This document shows positions 51,789 through 62,366 of a stretch of DNA of 64,000 nt, piece by piece. Both the position numbers and the translations under genes were made by a program. Position 1 is the first letter of the stretch. Each line of letters begins with the position of its first letter. Origin of the DNA: an uncultured Solirubrobacteraceae bacterium (GTDB lineage: Bacteria > Actinomycetota > Thermoleophilia > Solirubrobacterales > Solirubrobacteraceae); the NCBI GenBank assembly GCA_963792915.1, contig CAWBYD010000006.1, forward strand, positions 21,224 through 85,223. The letters run 5' to 3'. Below the pieces are notes generated by a model. It made no database searches. It was given only the letters and a program-made list of their open reading frames with translations, and was not told where the DNA came from.

Positions 51789-51894
51789 CCGCCGAACATA
51801 GAGGTGGGCTCCTTCCGGGTCGCTGGCGCTACCCGTACTCTCGGACCGTGGTGGCCGCACTTACCACGGCACCCGGAGCGGGCACAATCGTGCG

Positions 51895-52275
51895 ATGGCT
51901 GACCAGGCTGACGTCCGGCGGATCGCGCTCGCGCTGCCGGGCACGTCCGAGAGCGACGAGGGCTTCGCGTTCTCCGTCCTCAACCGCGGCAAGGCGAAGG
52001 GGTTCGTGTGGGCCTGGAACGAGCGCGTCGAGATCAAACGGCCACGTATGCCGCGCGCCGACGTGATCGCGGTCCGCGTCGTCGACCAGGCCGACAAGGC
52101 GGCGCTGCTCGCGTCCGACGACGCGGTGTTCTTCACCGAGCCGCACTACAACGGCTTTCCCGCCGTGCTCGTCCGGCTGCCCGCGGTCGGCCTCGATCAG
52201 CTAGAGGAGCTGGTCATCGACGCCTGGCGCTGCCAGGCCCCGCGCGCGCTGGTCGACGAGTGGTCGCGCGAGTGA
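51895..52275 (+). CDS. MmcQ/YjbR family protein
   Basis: RRIALALPGT...FFTEPHYNGFPAVLVRL...DAWR. Confidence 0.85.
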   Translation: MADQADVRRIALALPGTSESDEGFAFSVLNRGKAKGFVWAWNERVEIKRPRMPRADVIAVRVVDQADKAALLASDDAVFFTEPHYNGFPAVLVRLPAVGLDQLEELVIDAWRCQAPRALVDEWSRE

Positions 52276-53145
52276 TCAGCTCCGCAGCGCGGCGCCGATC
52301 CGCTCGGCGACGCGCAGCGCGGCGACGGCATCCGGGCCGCCGGCGCCGCGCGGCTCGCCTCCGCTGACCGCCGCCGCGAATGCGTCGGCCTGGGCGGCGA
52401 GCGCCGACACGAAGTCCTCCTGGCTCGACATGAACTCCACGCGCTCGTACCCGCCGCTCGCGAACAGCTCGAGCCAGCACGCGTCGCCCGGCGGGAAGCG
52501 GCGACCGAGCGTGATCGCCGCGACCGCGCCGCGCGAGAGCCGCGCGAGCGCGACCGCCGTGTCGGGATCGTCGCCCGCTCCGGCGCCGGCGGCGGACAGG
52601 CCGGCGAACTCCTGCCCGAGCAGCCAGCGGACCTGGTCGATCTCGTGCACCGCCATATCGATCGCGATCCCGCCGCTGCGCGCGCGGAAGCCGGGCGCGG
52701 GCGGTTCCTCGTCCCACTGGTGGCAGATGATCAGCGACGGCTCGCCGAGCGTCCCCAGCCGTGCCCGCAGCGCGACCAGCGCCGGCACGAAGCGCCGCCA
52801 GTAGCCGACCTGCAGCAGCACGCCGGACGCGGCGCGCGCGGCCGCCTCGGCCTCGGCGGTGCTCAGCCCGCACGGCTTCTCGCACAGCATCGGGATGCCC
52901 GCCGCCGCGAAGCGGCCGACGAGCGCCACGTGCAGGTCGGTCGGCGCGGCGATCAGGACGGCGTCGAAGCCGCCGGCCGCGAGCAGCGCGTCGACGTCCG
53001 CGAACGCCGGGAGCTCGACGGCGGCGCGGCGCTCGGGATCGGGATCGACGACCGCGACCGCCTCGGCGCGCGTGCTGCGGGCGAGCGCGTCGAGGTGCGT
53101 ACGCCCCATCCGGCCCGCGCCGACGACCGCGACGCGAACGCTCAC
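52276..53145 (-). CDS. Gfo/Idh/MocA oxidoreductase (inositol dehydrogenase-like)
   Basis: VVGAGRMG, CEKP, QVGYWRRF and DMAVHEID. Confidence 0.85.
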   Translation of the reverse strand: MSVRVAVVGAGRMGRTHLDALARSTRAEAVAVVDPDPERRAAVELPAFADVDALLAAGGFDAVLIAAPTDLHVALVGRFAAAGIPMLCEKPCGLSTAEAEAAARAASGVLLQVGYWRRFVPALVALRARLGTLGEPSLIICHQWDEEPPAPGFRARSGGIAIDMAVHEIDQVRWLLGQEFAGLSAAGAGAGDDPDTAVALARLSRGAVAAITLGRRFPPGDACWLELFASGGYERVEFMSSQEDFVSALAAQADAFAAAVSGGEPRGAGGPDAVAALRVAERIGAALRS

Positions 53146-54020
53146 GCCGCCGGCTGCAGCACCGAGCGCAGGAACGCCAGGCTCTCGCGCACGTCGCCCA
53201 CCGGTCCGCCGCCCGCGGGCGGATCGGCGTCGAGCATCGCGTCCTGCTCGAGCACGTACCAGCCGCCGTAGCCGGCGCGCTCGAGCACGGCGACGAACTC
53301 GGCGACGTCGACGGACCCGGCGCCCAGCGGCACGTAGAGCCCTTCGCGGACGGCGTCGGAGTACGTCAGCTCGCCGGCCAGCACGCGCGCGGCGAGCGCG
53401 CCGTCGACGTCCTTGAGATGCACGAGGCTGACGCGCTCCGCCGCGCTGCGCGCCAGCGCGACGGGATTGTTGCCGCCGATCACGAGGTGCCCGGTGTCGA
53501 GGCAGAGGTCGACGGTCGAGCGCTCGAGCACGCGCGCGACCTCCGACGGCCCCTCGATCATCGTGCCCACGTGCGGGTGCAGCGCGCAGCGCAGCCCGCG
53601 CGCGGCGCACAGCTCGCGCGCGGCGTCGAGCCCGGACAGGAGCGTGTCCCACTCGTCGTCGGTCAGCGACGGGCGCTCGTCGTAGCCCTCGACCCCGGTG
53701 GCGGCGGCGAGGACGAGGACGTCGGCGCCCGCGGTGGCGAACAGCGAAGCGGCGCGCTCGACGGGCTCGAGCGCGCCCGCCCGGTGCAGGACGGTCGGGA
53801 CGAAGCCGCCGATCAGCCGCAGCCCGAACTCGCGCACGAGCGCCGCGGCGGCGTCGGGGTCGGTGCCGAGGTAGCCGTCCGGCCCGGCCTCGGTGGCGGC
53901 GATGCCGAGGTCGCGCATCTCGCCCAGGACGCGGGCCGGGGGCATCTGGGCGCCCCAGCCGGGCACCTCGCACACCCCCCACGAGATCGGGGCGGCGGCG
54001 ATGCGGTCGAGGATGTTCAC
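53142..54020 (-). CDS. IolE-like (inosose dehydratase-like) TIM-barrel enzyme
   Basis: AAAPISWGVCEVPGWG, HPHVGT, LDTGH, HLKD and VLEQD. Confidence 0.85.
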   Translation of the reverse strand: MNILDRIAAAPISWGVCEVPGWGAQMPPARVLGEMRDLGIAATEAGPDGYLGTDPDAAAALVREFGLRLIGGFVPTVLHRAGALEPVERAASLFATAGADVLVLAAATGVEGYDERPSLTDDEWDTLLSGLDAARELCAARGLRCALHPHVGTMIEGPSEVARVLERSTVDLCLDTGHLVIGGNNPVALARSAAERVSLVHLKDVDGALAARVLAGELTYSDAVREGLYVPLGAGSVDVAEFVAVLERAGYGGWYVLEQDAMLDADPPAGGGPVGDVRESLAFLRSVLQPAA

Positions 54021-55147
54021 GGTCGTTCTCCTTGAGGTGTCACGAGGACCTTCAGCGCGGCCGGAGACTGGGCCAGCTCGAGCGCGTCGCCGACGTCGTC
54101 GAGCCCGACCCGGTGGCTCACCAGCGAGCGCACGCCGAGCCGGTCGGCGTGGCGCTCGAGCATCCGCAGCGCCGGCGCGTACTGCGGCAGCGTCTCGCCG
54201 CCGACGCCGATCACGGTCACGCCCTTGGTGCAGATGTCGCGCGAGGGGTTCACGCCGACGTCGCCCATGTCGACGAACGTCCCGGGCTCGACGACCGTCC
54301 CGCCCGGGCGCACGAGCGCCAGGGCCTCGGGCAGCGTGGACGCGACGCCGGTGCAGTGCACGACGATGTCGGCCCCATAGCCGTCGGTCGCCGCGCGCAC
54401 GAGCTCCAGCCGCTCGTCGAACGTGGTCGCCGAGGCGTCGAGGCGCAGATCGGCGCCGAGCGCACCGGCGGCATCCAGGCGCGCGGCGAACACGTCGATC
54501 GCCATCAGCCGGCCGGCGCCGAGCAACTCGGCCTTGACGAGGTGCAGCAGCCCGAGCGGCCCGGTGCCGAGCACGAGCACGACATCGCCGAACTCGACCG
54601 CGCCGTCGAGCCCGTGGGTCACGGCCATGATCTCGGTCAGCGCCGCGAGCGACGGGTCGAGCCCGTCCGGGACGCGGAACAGCCGCGTCCCCGGCAGCAG
54701 GTACATCAGCTCCGACCAGCCGCCGAACAGGTGCGGCGGCGTCGCGCAGGAGAGCGAGTTGCCGTAGTCGTGCAGCTCGCGGCAGAGGTAGTACGGGTAG
54801 CGCTCGTCGAGGCAGAAGCGGCAGCGCCCGCACGTCAGGTTGGGCGCGGGCACCACGCGGTCGCCGACCGCGAGCGGGCGCCCCAGCTCGTCGAGCGCCT
54901 CGCCCGGCCCGATCGCCGCGATCACGCCGACGTTCTCGTGGCCGCAGATCAGCGGGTAGGCGGCCTCGCGCTCGTGGTCGGTGCCCGCGTACTGCAGGCT
55001 CTCCCCGCGCCAGGTGTGCTTGTCGGTCCCGCAGATGCCGGAGTGCTCCATCCGCAGCACGACCGCGCCCGGGCCGGGATCGGGCTCGGGGAAGCGCTCG
55101 ACGCTGAAGCGCCCCGGCGCCTGGATCACGGCCGCGCGCACGCTCAC
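54017..55147 (-). CDS. Zinc-binding alcohol dehydrogenase
   Basis: GICGTD, GHE, CGRCRFC and GTGPLG. Confidence 0.9.
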   Translation of the reverse strand: MSVRAAVIQAPGRFSVERFPEPDPGPGAVVLRMEHSGICGTDKHTWRGESLQYAGTDHEREAAYPLICGHENVGVIAAIGPGEALDELGRPLAVGDRVVPAPNLTCGRCRFCLDERYPYYLCRELHDYGNSLSCATPPHLFGGWSELMYLLPGTRLFRVPDGLDPSLAALTEIMAVTHGLDGAVEFGDVVLVLGTGPLGLLHLVKAELLGAGRLMAIDVFAARLDAAGALGADLRLDASATTFDERLELVRAATDGYGADIVVHCTGVASTLPEALALVRPGGTVVEPGTFVDMGDVGVNPSRDICTKGVTVIGVGGETLPQYAPALRMLERHADRLGVRSLVSHRVGLDDVGDALELAQSPAALKVLVTPQGERP

Positions 55148-55959
55148 TTGACCGCTCCGAGCGTGAGCCCGCGCACGAAGTGGCGCTGGACGATGATCGC
55201 GAAGATCATGATCGGCAGCGCGCCGATCACGCCCGCCGCCGCCATCGGACCCCACTCGATCTGGATCTTGCCGATCAGCGTCGAGACGCCGACCGGGACC
55301 GTCTGTGCGTCGGGCGTCGAGGTCAGCGTGAGCGCGATCAGGAAGTCGTTGTAGGTCGTGATCACGCTGAAGATCGCGGTTGCGGCGATCCCCGGCGCGG
55401 CGAGCGGGAGCACGACGCGAAACAGCGCGCGCAGGCGCGAGTCGCCGTCGACCATCGCGGCTTCCTCGATGTCGCGCGGGATCTCCCCGAAGAAGCTCTG
55501 CATCATCCAGATCACGAAGCTCGTGTTGAGGGCGCCGTAGACGATGATCAGCCCGAGCCGGGTGTTCAGCAGCTGGTACTTGCTGAGCGTGATGTAGAGC
55601 GGGATCACGAGCAGGATCGCCGGCAGCGTGCGCACCAGCAGCGACGCCACCAGCGCCTGCTCGTTGAGCCCGAAGCGGAACTGGAAGCGGGCCAGCGCGT
55701 ACGCGGCGAGCGTGCCGAGGACCAGGCTGATCACGACCGAGACCGTCACCACGATCAGGCTGTTGGTCAGGAACTGGCCCATGTGGTAGGCGCCGAACAG
55801 CCGCGAGTAGTTGGCTCCGGTCGGGTGCTGGGGCACGAGCGAGACGCCGCGGAAGATGTCCACCGGACGCTTGAACGACGTCATCAGCAGCCACCAGAAC
55901 GGAAACAGCGCGACCAGCAGCGCGAGCGCCAGCGCGACGTGGCGGGCGCCGCGCCTCAT
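55144..55959 (-). CDS. Carbohydrate ABC transporter permease
   Basis: EEAAMVDG EAA loop and TM segments. Confidence 0.9.
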   Translation of the reverse strand: MRRGARHVALALALLVALFPFWWLLMTSFKRPVDIFRGVSLVPQHPTGANYSRLFGAYHMGQFLTNSLIVVTVSVVISLVLGTLAAYALARFQFRFGLNEQALVASLLVRTLPAILLVIPLYITLSKYQLLNTRLGLIIVYGALNTSFVIWMMQSFFGEIPRDIEEAAMVDGDSRLRALFRVVLPLAAPGIAATAIFSVITTYNDFLIALTLTSTPDAQTVPVGVSTLIGKIQIEWGPMAAAGVIGALPIMIFAIIVQRHFVRGLTLGAVK

Positions 55960-56861
55960 GCCGCGCTCCGCGCCGCCGCGCGCCGCATGAAGCGGATCGC
56001 GGCGATCGTCAGCAGCAGCGTCAGCACCAGCAGCGCGACGACCATCGCCATCCCGCGCCCGTACTGGGTGAACTGGAACGCCGTGTTGTAGGCGTACGTG
56101 CTGATCAGCTGCGTCGAGGTACCAGGGCCGCCGCGGGTCAGCACGAAGATCTGGTCGAACGTCCCGATGGCGTCGATCAGCCGCAGCACGACCGCGACCA
56201 TCAGCACCGGCATCAGCAGCGGCAGCGTGTGGTCGAAGAACACGCGCACGGGCCCGGCGCCGTCCACGCGCGCAGCCTCCATCGGCTCCTGGGGGAGCGA
56301 CTGCAGGCCGGCCAGGATGATCAGGAACATCAGCGGCGTCCACTCCCACACGTCGACCGCGACGACGCCGACGAACGCGCTGCCGGGGTGCGCGAGCACG
56401 TTCGGGGTGCCGAGGCCGAGCGCGCGGAAGAGCGGGTTGACGACTCCGATGTCGGACGCGTACATGAGCCGCCAGATCACGCCCACGACGACCGGCGCGA
56501 TCGTCATCGGCAGCAGCAGCCCGACGCGCAGGAAGCGGCTGAAGCGCAGCTCGTCGACCACCAGCAGCGCGAGCGCGAGGCCGAGCAGCGTCTCGATCGC
56601 GACTGCGAAGCCGACGTAGCGTGCGGTCGTCCACAGCGCCGTCCAGAACACGTGGTCGCCGAACACGACGCGGTAGTTCTCGAAGCCCGCGGACCCCAGG
56701 TCGCGCCCGTAGCGGTACGTGTGCAGGCTCGCGCGGATCCCGTAGATCAGCGGGTAGGCGGCGACCGCGGCGAGCGCGAGCGCCGCCGGCGCGAGCAGCA
56801 GCCACGGGCTCTCGAGCCAGCGCGCGCCGCGCCGAGGCGCCGGTGCCGAGACGGCCGCCAT
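55956..56861 (-). CDS. Carbohydrate ABC transporter permease
   Basis: EAARVDGA, WEWTP and LTRGGPG. Confidence 0.9.
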   Translation of the reverse strand: MAAVSAPAPRRGARWLESPWLLLAPAALALAAVAAYPLIYGIRASLHTYRYGRDLGSAGFENYRVVFGDHVFWTALWTTARYVGFAVAIETLLGLALALLVVDELRFSRFLRVGLLLPMTIAPVVVGVIWRLMYASDIGVVNPLFRALGLGTPNVLAHPGSAFVGVVAVDVWEWTPLMFLIILAGLQSLPQEPMEAARVDGAGPVRVFFDHTLPLLMPVLMVAVVLRLIDAIGTFDQIFVLTRGGPGTSTQLISTYAYNTAFQFTQYGRGMAMVVALLVLTLLLTIAAIRFMRRAAARSAA

Positions 56862-58211
56862 CTACACGTAGCCGCCCTGCTGCTTGATGAACTGCGTGAT
56901 CTCGTTGCCGGCCTTGGTCAGCGCCTGCTGGGCGATCGCCGAGTAGCCGCTCTTCTTCTGGATCGCGGTCACCAGCGCCTCGTTGAGGTGCGTGCCCAGG
57001 ATGTCCTCGAACTTCGGCTCGTCCGGCGTCTTGGGCTTGGGCACGGAGTTGTTGACGGCGTCCTTGATCGCGGGCAGCCAGCGGAACTTCTGCACCGCCT
57101 GCGGGTCCTCCAGCGCCGACCCCGTGACCGCCGCGCTGCCACCGTCGCGCGCGAAGTCCTTCTGGACCGCGCTCGACGTGAACCAGTCGAGGAACTGCTT
57201 GGCGCCGCCGGGGTTCTTGGCGCCCGAGGCGATCCCGCAGATGAACGTGCCGATCGCCGGGCCGCTGGTCTCCTGGGCCGGTGTCGCCGCCATGTCGATC
57301 TTGTTCACGACCTGCGACGAGCTGGCGTCGTCGACGCGGTGCACGAGGCCGGTGTACTCGGTCAGCGCCGTGCACTTGCCCTCCAGCAGCACCTGCGTCT
57401 CCTGGTCGGTGTCGAACTCGGCGACGCCGGCCGGCATGTACGGGATGAAGCTGAGCAGGCGCTCGAGCGCGCCGACGCCCTCGGCGCCCACGAACCCGGG
57501 TGACCAGTCGTCGTTGACGAACTTGCCGCCGTAGCTGGAGAGCAGCGGCAGGTAGGTCTGCACGATCGGGTTGCCCTTCACGCCGCGCGCCGACCAGCCG
57601 TAGAGCTTCGGCGGCTTGGCCTTGGCGGCGGCGACCTTGGCGATGTCGTCCCAGGTCTTGGGCGCGCCGTCGAAGTGGTCCTTGTTGTAGTAGAGGATCT
57701 CGACGTCGTCGATGATCACGAGCGCGTAGAGCGCCGGCTTGTCGTTGGCGAAGTCCTTCAGGCGCGCGCCGCTGCGCGGGGGCCAGTAGCCCTGGTCGAG
57801 CCCCTTGGGGAGGATGTCCGGGTTGGCCTTGAAGCCGATCTGGTCGAGGTTCTGGATGATCTGGCCGGCCGCGAACTCCGGCACCCAGTTGTCGTCCATG
57901 ACGTAGATGTCGTATGCGCCGGTCTTGTTCAGCCCGTCGTTCTTGGCGTTCTGGTACCAGGCGTCGTAGCTCGTCTCGTTGTACTTGACGGCGATCCCGG
58001 TCTCGCTCTGGAAGCGCTTGATGAACGTGTCGCGGAACGGCGCCATCGCGTTGTCCTGGAAGGACCCGATCGTGATCGAGCCGCCTGTCTTCTTCGCCGC
58101 GGAGCTGCCCGCCTTGGGGGTCGAACTGCTGCCGCAGCCGGCGAGCCAGAGGCCGGCCGCGCCGGCCGCGCCGCGTTGGATGGCCTGGCGCCGCGTGATC
58201 GGTGTGCTCAT
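56862..58211 (-). CDS. Sugar ABC substrate-binding lipoprotein (Tat-type signal)
   Basis: TRRQAI...LAGC, LYYNKD and PKTWDD. Confidence 0.9.
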   Translation of the reverse strand: MSTPITRRQAIQRGAAGAAGLWLAGCGSSSTPKAGSSAAKKTGGSITIGSFQDNAMAPFRDTFIKRFQSETGIAVKYNETSYDAWYQNAKNDGLNKTGAYDIYVMDDNWVPEFAAGQIIQNLDQIGFKANPDILPKGLDQGYWPPRSGARLKDFANDKPALYALVIIDDVEILYYNKDHFDGAPKTWDDIAKVAAAKAKPPKLYGWSARGVKGNPIVQTYLPLLSSYGGKFVNDDWSPGFVGAEGVGALERLLSFIPYMPAGVAEFDTDQETQVLLEGKCTALTEYTGLVHRVDDASSSQVVNKIDMAATPAQETSGPAIGTFICGIASGAKNPGGAKQFLDWFTSSAVQKDFARDGGSAAVTGSALEDPQAVQKFRWLPAIKDAVNNSVPKPKTPDEPKFEDILGTHLNEALVTAIQKKSGYSAIAQQALTKAGNEITQFIKQQGGYV

Positions 58212-59317
58212 GCTCTCTCCTGCTCCCTCGCTCCGGTGCCGGCCGAGACCGGCGGTGTTCCCTGCGCGCTGAGTGCTTCCTCCGTGTCACGATCGAACAG
58301 CTGCGCGCGCCGCGGTGCGGGCCGCAGCCCGCAGCGCTCCCCGATCGGCGCCGCGAAGTCCGCGCCCGCGCGCACGTTGATCAGCGCCTCCCCGGCGCGG
58401 ACGGTGACGAGCGTCTCGTTGCCGAGCGGCTCGACGACGTAGATCTCCCCGGCCAGCGCGTTCGGCGTGCCGGGCGCGACGATCTCCACGTGCTCGGGCC
58501 GGAACCCGAGCGTGACCGGGCCGCGCGCCTGTGCCGCGGGCAGCGGCAGCGCACCGCTCGGGTGCTGGAAGACGCCGTCGGCCAGCTCGCCGTCGAGCAC
58601 GTTCATCGGCGGCGAGCCGCAGAAGCGCGCGACGAACAGGTTGGCCGGGCGCGCGTACAGCTCGGCCGGGGTGGCGAGCTGCTGCAGTCGGCCGTCGCGC
58701 ATCACCGCGATCAGGTCGGCCATCGTCATCGCCTCGATCTGGTCGTGGGTGACGTAGAGCGTCGTCACGCCGAGCTCGCGCTGCAGGCGCTTGATCTCGA
58801 TGCGCATCTGCATGCGCAGCTGCGCGTCGAGGTTCGACAGCGGCTCGTCCATCAGGAACGCCTGCGGGCGGCGGATGATCGCGCGCGCCAGCGCCACCCG
58901 CTGGCGCTGGCCGCCGGACAGCTGGCGCGGCGCGCGCGAGAGCAGCCCGTCGATGTCGAGCAGCTCGGCGACGGAGCGCACGCGCTCGTCGCGCTCGGCC
59001 TTCGCGCTGCGGCGCAGGCGCAGCGGGTAGGCGATGTTCTCGGCGACGGTCTTGTGCGGGTACAGCGCGTAGCTCTGGAAGACCATCGCGATGTCGCGAT
59101 GGCGCGGTTCCAGGCGCGTGACGTCGCGCTCGCCGATGAAGATCCGGCCGGCGCTCGGCTGCTCGAGCCCGGCGAGCAGCCGCAGCGCGGTCGTCTTGCC
59201 GCACCCGGACGGGCCGAGCATGGCGAGGAAGCGGCCGTCCGGCACCGTCACGTCGAGCGGCGCCAGCGCCTGCGTGGAGCCGAAGCTCTTGGCCACCGCC
59301 TCGAACCGTACGTCCAT
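58208..59317 (-). CDS. Sugar ABC transporter ATP-binding protein (MalK-like)
   Basis: GPSGCGKTT, LSGGQRQR and MDEPLSNLD. Confidence 0.93.
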   Translation of the reverse strand: MDVRFEAVAKSFGSTQALAPLDVTVPDGRFLAMLGPSGCGKTTALRLLAGLEQPSAGRIFIGERDVTRLEPRHRDIAMVFQSYALYPHKTVAENIAYPLRLRRSAKAERDERVRSVAELLDIDGLLSRAPRQLSGGQRQRVALARAIIRRPQAFLMDEPLSNLDAQLRMQMRIEIKRLQRELGVTTLYVTHDQIEAMTMADLIAVMRDGRLQQLATPAELYARPANLFVARFCGSPPMNVLDGELADGVFQHPSGALPLPAAQARGPVTLGFRPEHVEIVAPGTPNALAGEIYVVEPLGNETLVTVRAGEALINVRAGADFAAPIGERCGLRPAPRRAQLFDRDTEEALSAQGTPPVSAGTGAREQERA

Positions 59318-60186
59318 CAGGCCGCCGCCCTGCGCAGCCCTTCCAGCGACGCCTCGATGCCGGCCTCGGGCGTGAGGTTGGGATCCTCGTGCTCGATCGA
59401 GATCGGGCCCGCGTAGCCGGCGGCGCGCAGCGCGGCGAGCAGCTCGCGCCATTCCGTGAGCGGGCGGCCGTGGCCGACGGCGCAGAAGTGCCACGGCATC
59501 GTGTCCGCGCCGGCCGGCCAGCGGAAGTCGAGCACCCCGTGCAGCGCGACGCGCTCGGGATGCACGAGCGTGTCCTTGCCGTGCGCGAAGCCGATCCGGC
59601 CGGCCAGCGCGCGCACCGTCGCGACCGGGTCGATGCCCTGCCACCAGAAGTGGCTCGGGTCGAGGTTGACCTTCACGTTCTCGCCGGTCACGGCGGCCAG
59701 CCGCTCGAACGAGGCCGCGTTGTAGATCGACGTCCCGGGGTGCAGCTCCAGGCAGATGTCGACGCCGGCCGGCGCCCAGGCCGACAGCTCGCGCCAGTAG
59801 CGCTCGATCTGCGGCCACTGCTCGTCCCACAGCCCCTCCATGTCGGGCAGCCAGGCGCCGCCCGCGAAGACCGGCCAGCGGCCGGGGCCGGGGCAGCCGC
59901 TCATCGCGACGACGCGCGGGACGCCGAGCTCGGCCGCGAGGTGCAGCGCCCGGCGCAGCGCCGCGTCGTGCTCGGCGGCATGCAGCGGGTTGCCCGATGC
60001 GTTGAGCGCGACGACCTCGAGGCCGCCGTGCACGCCGGCGCGCAATGCGTCGACGTGCGGTGCCGGCGAGTAGCCGCCGACGCCGATCTCGAGGCCGCCG
60101 ATGCCGCGCTCGTCACACCACCGCGCGACCTCGTCGAGCGGTCGGTGACCCAGCGCGTCGGTGAGCAGCGTGATGGAAGGTTCCAT
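59317..60186 (-). CDS. Sugar phosphate isomerase/epimerase (AP_endonuc_2 TIM barrel)
   Basis: NASGNPLH, LELHPG, DPSHFWWQGID, HGKD and SIEHED. Confidence 0.88.
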   Translation of the reverse strand: MEPSITLLTDALGHRPLDEVARWCDERGIGGLEIGVGGYSPAPHVDALRAGVHGGLEVVALNASGNPLHAAEHDAALRRALHLAAELGVPRVVAMSGCPGPGRWPVFAGGAWLPDMEGLWDEQWPQIERYWRELSAWAPAGVDICLELHPGTSIYNAASFERLAAVTGENVKVNLDPSHFWWQGIDPVATVRALAGRIGFAHGKDTLVHPERVALHGVLDFRWPAGADTMPWHFCAVGHGRPLTEWRELLAALRAAGYAGPISIEHEDPNLTPEAGIEASLEGLRRAAA

Positions 60187-60221
60187 ACGCGGCCACGACG
60201 ATTCCACGAACCCCAGGAGCT

Positions 60222-60275
60222 TGTCAAGTCTTGACGCACCCGCAATCATGTCGGTCGCAATGGTGAACCGTTCCA
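60222..60275. promoter_or_regulatory. Back-to-back -35 boxes and a candidate LacI-type operator
   Basis: TTGACA (minus, 60222-60227), TTGACG (plus, 60231-60236) and TGAACCGTTCCA at 60264-60275. Confidence 0.45.
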
Positions 60276-61375
60276 ATGGACCGACGGTCCGGGTCGGGGT
60301 GATCGGTTGCGGCCTCGTGGCCCAGGTCATGCACCTGCCGCACCTGCGCGAGCTCGACGACCGATTCGAGGTCGTCGCGGTCTGCGACCTCGCTCCCGGC
60401 GCGCTCGAGTTCGCCGCCGCGCTGTTCCCCTCCGCGCGCCGGTACAGCGCCTGGGAGGATCTGCTGTCCGGCGTCGACGCCGTGCTCGTCCTGACCGCCG
60501 GCAGTCACGCGCCGGTCGCGGTCGCGGCAGCCGAGGCGGGCGTGCACGTGTTCGTCGAGAAGCCGATGTGCTTCTCGGTCGCCGAGGGTGAGCAGATGAT
60601 CGCCGCGGCGCATGCGGGCGGCGTCGTGCTGATGGTCGGCTACATGAAGCGCTTCGACCCGTCCTACGAGGAGCTGCAGCGCACGCTCGACGTCGGCGCG
60701 CTCAGCTTCGCCCGCATCACGACGCTCGAGTCGCCGATCGAGCCCTACGCGCTGCACCACCGGCGCCCGGCGCCGTCTGCGCTGGACCCGGACGTGCTCG
60801 CACGCCTGCTCGCCGACGACGAGCAGCGGCTGCGCGCGGCGCTCGATTCCGAGGACCCGTTTCTCCTGCACGCCTACCGCGCGATGCTGCTCGACAGCAT
60901 GGTGCACGAGCTCAACGGGGTGCGCGGGCTGCTGGGCGAGCCGCAGACGCTGCACTTCGCGCGCATCTGGGACGCGGGCCTGACGGTGTCCGCCTCGTTC
61001 GGCGGCGTCGAGGCGGTGTTCGCGTGGGTCGACCTGCCGGGCATCGCGCGCTACGCGCAGGACTGGTCGTTCTACGGCCCCGACCGGCGGGCGACGCTCG
61101 AGTTCCCCTCGCCGCTGCTGCGCAACCAGCCGACGCGGCTGATCGTCGAGGACGGCGATCCCGGCGGCGTGGCGTCGTGCCGCAGCGAACGTGTCGTGTC
61201 CTACGAGGAGGCGTTCAAGCGCGAGCTGGAGGAGTTCCACGCGGCGATCGTCGCGGGCCGCGAGCCGCGTACCGGTGGCGAGGACGGCCTGCGCGACGTC
61301 GCGCTCTGCCGGGCGATCATCACGGCGCACGCGACGGGCGGCCCGGTCGGCGCGCCCAGCCGGCATGCCGCCTGA
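60260..61375 (+). CDS. Gfo/Idh/MocA oxidoreductase
   Basis: VIGCGLVA, VEKP, VGYMKRFDP and DSMVHE. Confidence 0.88.
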   Translation: MVNRSNGPTVRVGVIGCGLVAQVMHLPHLRELDDRFEVVAVCDLAPGALEFAAALFPSARRYSAWEDLLSGVDAVLVLTAGSHAPVAVAAAEAGVHVFVEKPMCFSVAEGEQMIAAAHAGGVVLMVGYMKRFDPSYEELQRTLDVGALSFARITTLESPIEPYALHHRRPAPSALDPDVLARLLADDEQRLRAALDSEDPFLLHAYRAMLLDSMVHELNGVRGLLGEPQTLHFARIWDAGLTVSASFGGVEAVFAWVDLPGIARYAQDWSFYGPDRRATLEFPSPLLRNQPTRLIVEDGDPGGVASCRSERVVSYEEAFKRELEEFHAAIVAGREPRTGGEDGLRDVALCRAIITAHATGGPVGAPSRHAA

Positions 61376-62366
61376 GCGCTGGGCCTCGCAGCGGCCCACG
61401 ATCGTCGACGTCGCCAACCTCAGCGGCGTCTCGAAGTCGACGGTCTCGAACGTCCTGCGCGGGGCGGGCCGCGTCTCCGACGGGACGCGGGCGCGCGTGC
61501 TGGAGTCGATCGAGGCGCTCGGCTACCGCCCCAACTCGCTCGCGCGCGACCTCGTGCGCCGGCGCTCGAACACCGTCGGCGTCGTGCTCGGCGACCTCGC
61601 CAACACGTTCTACGCGGACCTCGTGAAGCTGCTCGAGCTGCAGATCTCCGAGGCCGCCTACACGACGATCGTGTGCAACACCGACGGGCGCTCGGAGCTC
61701 GAGCGCGCGCGTGTGGAGATGCTGCTCGAGCGCGCCGTGAGCGGCGTCGTGATGCTCCAGTTCAGCGGCGACCGCACGGTGCTCGACGAACTCGCGGTCG
61801 CGCGCGTGCCGGTGGTCGTGATCAGCTGCTGGGACGAGCGCGCCGACTGCGTCGCGGTCGACGACCACACCGGGATGGCGGCGGCGGTCGAGCACCTGTA
61901 CGGCCTCGGCCACCGGCGCATCGCGCACGTCAGCAGCCATCTGGTCGAGGACAGCACGCGCGCAGCGCGCTACGCCGGCTACGAGCACGCGATGCGCGGC
62001 CACGGGCTCGCGCCGCGGCTGCTGGACGCCGACGTGCGCGACGGCCTGCGCGCGGCGGTCACGGATCGCGAAGCGCCGACGGCGTTCGCTGCCGCCAACG
62101 ACCTGATCGCCGTGCAGCTGATCGACCTGCTGGAGCCGCTCGGCGTGCGCGTCCCCGACGACGTCTCCGTCGTCGGCTTCGACGGCACGGACCTCGGCGC
62201 GCACTCGCGGATCGGGCTCACGACGGTCGCCCAGCCGCGCGCGCAGCTGATCGCCGAGGGGCTGCGGCTGCTCCTGGACCGCATGCGCGGCGGTCTGAGC
62301 GAGCCGCCGCGCCATGTGCGGCTGACGGGCGAGCTCGTCGTGCGCGCGTCGACGGGAGCGCCGTGA
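61365..62366 (+). CDS. LacI family regulator
   Basis: TIVDVANLSGVSKSTVSNVL, YRPN and SVVGFD. Confidence 0.92.
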   Translation: MPPERWASQRPTIVDVANLSGVSKSTVSNVLRGAGRVSDGTRARVLESIEALGYRPNSLARDLVRRRSNTVGVVLGDLANTFYADLVKLLELQISEAAYTTIVCNTDGRSELERARVEMLLERAVSGVVMLQFSGDRTVLDELAVARVPVVVISCWDERADCVAVDDHTGMAAAVEHLYGLGHRRIAHVSSHLVEDSTRAARYAGYEHAMRGHGLAPRLLDADVRDGLRAAVTDREAPTAFAAANDLIAVQLIDLLEPLGVRVPDDVSVVGFDGTDLGAHSRIGLTTVAQPRAQLIAEGLRLLLDRMRGGLSEPPRHVRLTGELVVRASTGAP